A stretch of DNA of 63,773 nucleotides, the filler included, from Collodictyon triciliatum (taxonomy: Eukaryota): assembly GCA_043381765.1 (NCBI GenBank). It is 16 parts of 16 records of this genome, joined end to end, with 100 filler letters (N's around TTAATTAATTAA, not from the genome) between each part and the next. Parts side by side here need not be neighbours in the genome. Positions count along the whole stretch, not along the records: positions 51,682 to 55,884 come from JBHJMP010006389.1; positions 55,985 to 60,187 come from JBHJMP010006390.1; positions 60,288 to 61,721 come from JBHJMP010006508.1; positions 61,822 to 63,773 come from JBHJMP010006545.1; 12 more parts are not named here. The stretch is one strand, 5' to 3'. Of the stretch, positions 54,801-63,773 are shown in pieces. Each line of letters starts with the position of its first letter. The first letter of the stretch is position 1. The notes beneath the pieces are model-generated. The model ran no database searches and was not told the DNA's origin. It was given only the letters and a program-made list of their open reading frames with translations. The position numbers were made by a program, and so were the translations under genes.

Positions 54801-55744
54801 TTCATCCATCTCTCAAAGATTTGGCGAGCACCTGGGATGTTGCCAAGCATCTGTTCCATGTGGGTGTATTTGTACCTGAAAACATGGTTCAGCGAGGTAG
54901 ACAAATCAAAATGATATGCGATGATGGTTTGTGACACAGAGAAAAAAAAAGAAAGAAAAAACGAATGAGTGAAGAACACCACGGAATTACAATTCTCGTA
55001 AAACAATTCATATCGTGATTAAATACCAGAATTGATCGACGCGTGGGAGAAGAGTTACGACGCGGTCCCAGATGTTTCGAGCGCGATTCACATTCTTGTA
55101 CTTCATCTCAAATTCAGCGTACTTTACCCACAGCTTAACATTTCGAGGGTCCACATCGATGGCCCTCTCGTAGATAGAGCGTACTCTAACATTAAATAAA
55201 TCAAATTAAACTCATAATATGTTTTTCGACGAAAATATCATGTAATGCAAATTTGTAAGTGAACCCAAGTACCAAAGGAGTAATTATGGTTCATTTTACA
55301 AAAGATAGCTTTATTGTTTACAAGCAATTATTTTCTTTTTTCATGTTTGACTAATTTTCATGGAGTAAATATGCTTTAGCTAACTTGCTTTAAAGTAAGG
55401 TTCTCACCTATCGAACTCCCGTTGGCTTTCCTCCCATTGGGCGTATTTGACGTAATTCCCGATGAAAGTTCGCTGTCTGCGGATGTTGTCTTCATAGAAC
55501 TTTCTCTTTTGCATACTGTGAATTGTGATATCGCACGAATGTAAGATTTACAGTTATTTGCATAGCAATAAACATTTATTTTAAAAAAATGCAACCAACT
55601 TCACATACCGGTATTCTTGCAGCTCTTCTAAGTCCATAATTCGCTGGGTCGGAGGCTTAAACTCCTCCTCACGCAGCTCCTGTCCTTGCAGAATGATCTG
55701 CTCCGCCGTGATTTGGACCTCGGCAACCGACCTATTTTTCACCT
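51898..55744 (-). CDS. CRNKL1: Crooked-neck / Clf1 / Syf3 spliceosomal HAT-repeat protein, many exons; both ends missing
   Basis: [111 protein letters not shown]. Confidence 0.96.
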
Positions 55745-56071
55745 TTGGGAGAAGGGTAAGCAGAGAGAAAGACAAAAGACATAAAAGACATAAAAGACAT
55801 AAAAGACATAAAAGACATAAAAGACATAAAAGACATAAAAGACATAAAAGACATAAAAGACATAAAAGACATAAAAGACATAAANNNNNNNNNNNNNNNN
55901 NNNNNNNNNNNNNNNNNNNNNNNNNNNNTTAATTAATTAANNNNNNNNNNNNNNNNNNNNNNNNNNNNNNNNNNNNNNNNNNNNTTTTTTTTTAAAAAAA
56001 AAAAAAAAAAAAAAGGAAAGAAATTGCAGCTGTCCTAATTAATTGTGCTTAATTCAAACCTCCGTCACCAG

Positions 56072-59011
56072 GCTCTGTGAATGACGCCTATCATCCCCAA
56101 CTGAAATATCTAGACGCGTCAAACAACAATCTTAATGGTATAATTGACATGATTCCTTTGCGGATGGCAATTTACCTATTCACGATTTATTTCACTCTTT
56201 AACTAACGCTATTTAATATTATTTCAAAAGGGACCATGCCTGATATATTCATTCAAACAAGCCTTCTTGTTATCAATTTAAAAAATAATAAGCTGACAGG
56301 TATGCATATTAATCTTACTAGCTTCGTATGAGGCATATGTGTGTTGCGAGCCTATATATCCTCGGGTATTTAAAATATATATATATAATAAAGGTAACAT
56401 ACCTGATTTGCAGCTTTGTCATTTTCTTCTGATTGTTTCACTGGCGAATAATCGATTTTCTTCAAGTAAAGTAAAATACATAAATCATTGATTAATCATG
56501 AGAAATCATAACGTCATCTATTTAAAATAATAAAAAAAAATCTCACACAGTCAGTGGAATGCCATCATCAGTACATAATTACGATGCCTCAAACAATCTC
56601 TTAGCTGGTATTTTGATACATTCTACCTGAATAAAACGATAAAAGTCACAATAATTGCATCATTTCACCGCTTCACAAAATAAAATAGTTCGTTTTTCTC
56701 TTTCATTTTATCCTAAAGCTATCTTCCTGCATGAATTAGGACAACTTCCTGAAATTGAAAGTCCGGAGTTGAGAGAATTGGATTTTTCAATCAACAACCT
56801 TACAGGTACTATTCCAAGATGGGTTTTCTTGAGAAATCTTGAGAAAATTGACTTATATGGAAATGAGTATTTGACTGGGCCCTTGCCCGAAGGAATGGAC
56901 AATTATCAAGAATTGAAGTTCTTGTCTGTCTCTAGCAAAAATCTTCAAGTACCAATATCATCCGCCGTACTTTTGCCAAAAGTTTTGTCATTTTCAGGAA
57001 CATACCAGATTCAGAATGCTGGTGATACATATCAATGCCCAGTCATTGTGAATCCGTCAAAAACGCATTCTCAAATCAACATGCCATCGAGTTATTATCA
57101 GCATCGAGCATGCAAGTGTCTCCCAAATTATTACGGGCGAGGAAATAATTGCATCGTGTGTCCAAGTCATTGTGAGTGTAAGGATGGCATCACACTCGGA
57201 AACTGCTATGCGTCTCCTAGTTTGTCTGAAGTGAAGGCTCTTGTTTTGTGCCCTCGAGAAGAGTCCTGCACGGGCACCGCTTCATGGCAAATATCAAACC
57301 AGACGATTATTATTGAGAACGATTTTTCTTGCTCGGAAGGTTATGAGGGTCGTGTTTGCTCGAAATGTTCACCAGGCTATGGAAACCAAAATCGTATGTG
57401 TTCAAAATGCAGTGAGGTATCTAACATCGTAGCTGTCATATTGTCATCCGTTGGATACGTCGTGCTGGTAGTCTTCTTGTACATGACAGCATTCACATCT
57501 TCAGGTGGTAAAGGAATTCTGGTTTCATGCATTTTTTTCTTATTTTTTTTCATTTTGACGTGCATTTGGTAATATGCAATCACAAATAATTATGCAGGAG
57601 CGATTAGAATCTTGATTTTTCATGTCCAGACCGTATCCATTATTGCTTCCCTCGTACCAAACTCGAATAGCTCGAATAGCTTTGTTGATATCTTGTTTTC
57701 TACGAGCTCTATCCAGCTTCCTATACTTGCGTGTATTGCGGGGACAAATAATGAGTTTACTTTATTGCTGTTCAATTACTTGAGAATACCTTTGATTCTA
57801 GCTGTTACTTTTGCTATTTACTCAATATCCTCTCAGGAGTCTCGCAATAAGGTACTTTATGAATACAAATAATGAATCTTCAATACAAGTGTGATACAAT
57901 TTAAACTGATTGCTATTATTTAAATAGGTTTTTTACATCACCGTAAATATGCTCTTTTTCATCTACTTTTCGGTTTCACATAAAGTTTTTGGTGTATTTG
58001 GCTGCACACTTTTCGACGAAGGTGACGGGAAAAAATATCTTAATCTCTTTCCGTGGATAGAATGTCAACCAGCATCTGAAGTTTACCTACGGATGATGGG
58101 TCTAACCATCCCAGTGTTTGTTCTCTTTATAATTAGCTTTCCGACATACCTATGGATGAAATGTCGAGACTCGAGCCTTCATACAGACGAAGCCTTAAAA
58201 TACAGATATTCGTACTTGGTTCTTCCCTACAAAGATGTAACCATAAGTTTAAATATTGTGATAATACTCTATAAAACTATTCAACACTTTATATTTTTGA
58301 TAAACAAGCCGTCCCAAAAAAGTTTTTTGATAATTTCAGCTTGGTTGTGTTTGATGCCTTTTTTTTTTAATTTTTTTTGTATGTCTGTGTTTGTAGGAGC
58401 TCAACTTTTGGGAGTTTGTTTTATTCACTCGCAGGGTTCTTCTCTCACTAACCATCAGCATCGTCCCGTATTCAAATCCCTCTCTGGTTTATCTGTTGGT
58501 CATGTTCATCATTCAGGTTCGTTGGTTGCGTCTATCTTTATAAAATATTTTCTTTCTATGGTTTTATTTAACTTATTTTAATCGTCTTTACTTATTTTTT
58601 CTTCTTTTTTAATTTAAAGAAACTGTTGCAAGGAATCATACATACACGTTATTTTTATTCAGAGTATGAACACCTTATTTTCGATAGACGTCCATCTTTC
58701 TGCAGAAACATTTTAGCCCCTGCAAGTCTACTCTGGAAAACAGGATGGAGTTGACGAGTCTCTATGCCATATTGATTTCCTTTTTTCTTGCCTTACTGAC
58801 TAATTTTGTTGATTCAAACATATGGGTCATATCTCTTCTCATAGTAATTAATGTAATCTGGGTTGTCATTTTCGGCCTCTATGCTTATGTCGTCCCATTT
58901 GCTCGCTTCCTGAAAAAGAAGGCTATAAATCCAGCAGTCATTTTCACAGAAGTTGAAATGGATACCATTAGCCATCTCTCAGAACCAGAGCCGAAACAGG
59001 AAAGTATCTAA
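56072..59011 (+). CDS. Cell-surface receptor-like protein: plant-type LRRs, Cys-rich (EGF-like) region, multipass (~7 TM) domain; 5' end missing
   Basis: Short LRR exons (LKYLDASNNNLNG, LKNNKLTG, LDFSINNLTGTIP); CKCLPNYYG, CSEGYEGRVCSKCSPGY..C; TM segments with VFGC..YLNLFPWIEC, YSYLVLPYK..NFWEF. Confidence 0.75.
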
Positions 59012-59380
59012 CCTGAATCAAACACTAAACAAAGGCTTCAAAGCCCTTTGTAACAACTATAAAGCTTGTCACTGCCATTTTATTCCCTCTCAATCGCACA
59101 ACGTAGCCATATGCTATATAACTCTGTCTGTAGCTCAAACGTTGTATTCGATCAAATGAACACTCTTGTTTCTTCTAATTATTTTTCTTTTATCAACGCA
59201 ATATGTGAGTAATTACCTCTGTCTCTAGCACACAAGTGAGCTGTGAACGAGGCAGTGGAAAACCCCGCATTGTGTGGTTGGAGTTTTTGTGTTTTGGGTG
59301 GAAAGAAAAAGAAAAGGAAAAAGAAAATAGAAAATAGAAAGGAGAGAAAGTGTTCTCACACGCAGACTATTCTACCCGAG

Positions 59381-60187
59381 GTGAATCAGCTCCAACGCGA
59401 TTTCTGGTTGTATTCGGGACTGAAAGAAGATTGGATAAAGTTGTCGGGTCGATGAAAGTACGCACATGGCAGTAACTTCTCAAATCGATTCTGACGAGTC
59501 CTTTTAACCGTCTATTTCAGACAAGGTTTACATCCTATTTCATTCCACACGATGAGCCTTTTGAGGGGACAACGGGTCACTTTCCTTGCGTTTCTTGCTG
59601 GGCGACTCATGCAGAAAGCGATACATCATTGTTTGTCTGGAATTATCGGAAGTGGCGCTTGACCGTCCCCTGGCATCGGGACCATGCGTAGTCAGCAGTG
59701 GACTTTTCTTAACCGGAGTATGGATACGCGTTTGTGGTTTTAGAAACATACGCTCCTGCTTGCTTGGACTGTCTTTGGTGTGTGAAGTTCAAAGCTTGGA
59801 TTCGACTTGTGGCATTTGCTCGTGCTCCTTGTTTCTCGGTGCGACGGGCTGGGGCAGGGTAAACGGACTATCTTTGGTGGGCGCTGGTTCTTGTGATGCC
59901 TTCGCTTTGGAGTATCCTTTCGGATAAGTAACGAAGACTGTCTTGAGGCCTCCTAAGTTAACCATGTTCACGTCAGTCTGAATAGGTTGTTTAAGGGGGG
60001 ATTTCTTTCGGGGTTAGGAGATGCGCTGCTCTTGGGTCTTGCGGTGTGCGGGCGTGTCCGGTGTTGGCGGTGGAGGGCTCGAGTGCGAGGATTCTGAAGA
60101 GGAACCGAGATTTCCTTCCATGTCATCGTCGCTGTCGCTGTATGCGCGTATCTGCTGTGAGTCTTATGGACTCTGTTGTTTCCTGGC
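59381..60187 (-). CDS. 3' exons of an unidentified low-complexity protein
   Basis: Ser/Pro/Lys-rich open segments with an apparent GT-AG intron near 59510-59530; structure unresolved. Confidence 0.3.
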
Positions 60188-61205
60188 NNNNNNNNNNNNN
60201 NNNNNNNNNNNNNNNNNNNNNNNNNNNNNNNTTAATTAATTAANNNNNNNNNNNNNNNNNNNNNNNNNNNNNNNNNNNNNNNNNNNNGAATATATGTTTA
60301 CCATTATTCAAAAAGAAGCTGCTGATAAAGATGCACACCGCGAGTACACAGATAACTTTTGAGAGGCTATAAAATGCATTCAAATAATTTTTCATAAGAT
60401 TGTGATCAAACTGGTGGATGAATGTATAAATATATTATATTCTCAATCTGAACCGTCAATTATATTCTCGTGGGAAAAATTACATTTGAATAGATTTGAG
60501 ATAATGCGATATCTTCAAATCGGAGAAAGACGCTTTGATAGGCACAGATACGTTTGTTGCTGGTGGGTTATCTCGAGCCGTTTCATGTCTATTCGAAGGT
60601 TGATTTTCCAACAAATTAAATTAAATTAAATTAAATTAAATTAAATTAATTTAAATTAAATATTAGAAACGCTCTTTGAATCGAATAAAGGGAAAAAAAT
60701 ATTAGAGACGCTGTGTGAACTATAAAATATGTATTGGATTATGATAACGAAGTATACTTTTGGTTTGGTGAAGAATCAAGAGATGGGGCATCTTTTGATT
60801 GTATAAACACTTCTGCCCCAGATTTTATGTTTGGTGAGAGTGTTTCTGTTGATGTTGTTGCTTGATTATCGCATTGTGGTGGGTCAGAATAGACATTAAG
60901 AGGTGTTTCAGGGGGGCCAATTTTTGAAAATTGCGGATTTCCTCTGGATGGCTTATCGAGAGATGCAACTTGGTTCCTAATCATATTCGTAGAGAGAGTT
61001 ATCATATAATCTAATTAAACGAAAATGAAAACAAACATATACAGCATGAAACAAAGACGAAACATATATGATACCTCATAGGGTTCAGGGGACGTGGAAG
61101 CGGATTACCCATGGACGGGTGTTGTTCTTGAGGTATTCTAAAATATATTTATTTTTCCTTTATTCGATTCATCTAAAAGATATTTATTGTATTTTCCTCC
61201 ACCTC

Positions 61206-61245
<40 letters not shown>

Positions 61246-61986
61246 AGAGAGAGGTCATAACAAAGTAGTTGAGGTATTGGCATATATGCTCGCCATTGGA
61301 AAGGAATTTTGCCTGAACTGGGGTTGCCTTTCAGTGGGCGTCATCGAATCAGAAACAGCACTATTAAGTGAGTAGCTTTTCATAAACATTATTTGTATAA
61401 GCATAAAAATTCTAGTGGATACGCCGCAAATCATTTCATATATATATATATATATATTAAATGCATGAACCATTAGGTATATATATAGTGGTTTTTCTTT
61501 TAAAAAATCTATATAATAATACAAAAGGAAAAGAAAGCAAAATATCACAAATAGAAACCATGGATGAGTCGATCACTCATAGAAAGCAAAGCGACCAATG
61601 TCACTTCAGTTTGCGTAGGTAAAAATGACCCAATATTAAACGAGACAAAAAAAAAAAAAAAAAAAAACCATCAGTTTTTGAAAATCCTGGTATTTGTGTA
61701 GGGATTATAAAGGTGAGAAGCNNNNNNNNNNNNNNNNNNNNNNNNNNNNNNNNNNNNNNNNNNNNTTAATTAATTAANNNNNNNNNNNNNNNNNNNNNNN
61801 NNNNNNNNNNNNNNNNNNNNNACAAAGACAAAGACAAAGACAAAGACAAAGACAAAGACAAAGACAAAGACAAAGACAAAGACAAAGACAAAGACAAAGA
61901 CAAAGACAAAGACAAAGAAAAACCAGAGTCGGCTTGGCATTCCATAGGGTGACCATACAAGACCGAGCAGTGGATCAGTTGCACCC

Positions 61987-63467
61987 ATGGGTTGTGGTTC
62001 GTCTCTGCCCAAGGTTTGTTTGTCCTGTCCAACATGTTATCATAACACTTCATTTAAGGCCATACATTCGAATAAAGGAAGAAAGAAAACTTCAATCAAC
62101 GGTTGCTTTACCTTCTGTCTCACTCACTATCACACACTCGCTATTACGCGCCCCCCTCTGCCATCAAGTGCGGCCTTGTTTGGCCTCCCTTTGTTACCTG
62201 ACACACTGTTTTTGAGGAATACAGCCCAAATCTCAAAGAGATCATCCACACAGGCCCGATCGCGGCATTCGTCATATCTGAATCGCCCGGTTGTGTATCC
62301 CGCTGAGTTGATTCAGTCCACTTCATCAGATCGCAAACCAGATCAAGGTTTTCTCCCTTCGCGCATGTCCTTTTTTTTTTTTGTAATTTTTTTTTAAAAA
62401 ACCTGTGTACATGCAGAATATCTAAATCTTCTTCTTGTCTCTTGTGACTGGGATTCAGAAAGAAAGAGGCAAAACATACTCCATTTTCAATTACTTCCTT
62501 TTAAAACATTTGCATAGACCGCCTGTTCAGTAGTGGCGGAGTTAATGACAGAATCAGATTGCTACCCCCAGTTATGCGATCGGTAATAGTGTTTATCTAT
62601 AGAATTATACGTAGGTTCAATGACTATCAGCGGGTTTGAAAGTTAATGACCTGGGGCAAGACATTCAGTTCTCCTTTCCTTAAGCAATTATCACTGAGGA
62701 TTTACATGCTATCAGATATCGAGACAGTCAACATTGGGAAGTGAATTTGCCCATTCAGTGGAGTATCAGATCATGCATTTAATTCAAGCCAGATTTTGTC
62801 GATTATATGTTTCTCACTCTGAGGTTGGTGAAAAGACATTATATTGCAGAATTGCGTGTTTCGCTGACAATGTATTTGATTCTGAAAACCTCATTTAAAT
62901 ACCTTTTCAACCCATTTGAAATGAAGAATAAAACAAAACCTTTTCAACCCATTATTCGATCTTTCGCTTCTATAATCATTCAAAGGCCCATTTAACAAAA
63001 TTATTCTCTTTCGTACCAAAAAGAAAAAGAAAAAGAAAAAGAATTTTAAAACTCGAAGACCATATTGATTATTTTCTTTTTATCCTTTTGCACAGAGACA
63101 ATCACTTGTATTTTACCAAAACTCTGGCCAAATTGAGACACCTAATTCAAAAGGCATTGCCGGATCTACATACCAAAACGGAAAGGTAAATGGCGAGTCT
63201 ATTTATTATACTATTTTTTTTTTTATACTTATATTCATGAAAGTTTGTCATCGTGTTTACATTGGTTCACGAAATCTTTTCAAAAAAAAAAACACTCATC
63301 GTACCGGACAGATAAGGGTATCACATGAAAAACAATGCGTCAGAGATTACGATGAGACGGTCGATGGAGATCGCTTGATGACCTGTGTTGGCGACCGCTC
63401 TCAATGTGACGTCTTCATGTCAATACCAATCCTTAACTCAGATGGAACTGTTATCGGTGTTTTTCAG
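61987..63467 (+). CDS. GAF-domain protein with an N-terminal MGCxxS acylation motif, multi-exon, partial
   Basis: First exon MGCGSSLPK|GT; later exons SKGIAGSTYQNGK and YDETVD..FMSIPILNSDGTVIGVFQ match the GAF pattern. Joining these into one gene is inferred. Confidence 0.6.
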
Positions 63468-63773
63468 GTTCCATTTCATTCATAGCTATATTCAAAATGT
63501 ACAATATACATGTATATATAAACATAAGAACTCATATGATAATTCAAGTTCATAAATAGGCTACACTGAAACTTTGTTACCCTTAGACAACGATATATTA
63601 TTAATATAATTAAATAGTAAAATTATCGGCCACTGGGCCTGATTATCTACATATCCTTATAGTTCCATTGTGTATTCCCCCCCCCCCCCCCCCCCCCTTT
63701 TTTTTTTTTTTTTTTTTTATTTGGAGAGGGGAGGGGGTGGGGGGGGGTGGTTTTTTTTTTTTTTTTTTTGTGT

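Noticed and set aside
60288-61721. Possible minus-strand exons (Ser/Pro/Thr-rich)
   Set aside because: No recognisable domain and no reliable gene model could be built.

Overview
This is not a contiguous locus. It is a pseudo-scaffold of about 16 unlinked eukaryotic contigs, most 4,203-4,213 bp and roughly size-sorted, joined by 100-nt spacers (44 N + TTAATTAATTAA + 44 N). The host is an intron-rich, microsatellite-rich microbial eukaryote using the standard genetic code. A CCDC15-like gene suggests it has centrioles, and a DHRS4 ending in SRL suggests peroxisomes. Host genes recognised: Rpp21-like, intronless DnaJB with an upstream heat-shock element, a WW/Prp40-like first exon, a CMAS/CNMT-like methyltransferase, DHRS4, pICln, C9orf85, Hikeshi, CCDC15, syntaxin-18, crooked-neck, an LRR-Cys-rich-multipass receptor and a GAF protein. 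Most interesting: (1) a degenerate Fanzor1 (eukaryotic TnpB RNA-guided nuclease) with an apparent spliceosomal intron and a hairpin-rich candidate omegaRNA; (2) an endogenous Polinton-like virus fragment (major capsid protein, small CCG membrane protein, Cys-rich ORF, ~300-bp inverted repeat, perfect AT hairpin) on the same contig as a spliced host gene; (3) an intron-rich, secreted, bacterial-type M23 peptidase; (4) a Roco gene with LRR-Roc-COR-nonRD kinase-2xSAM-like-LRR architecture; (5) a Helitron RepHel, plus a related remnant beside ASS1 and MATE gene fragments; (6) an L1/Tx1-like LINE with twin-priming inversion geometry and ~40-bp copies of its 3' end in host introns. All calls come from manual translation and motif recall; no database searches were run, and splice sites are read by eye.
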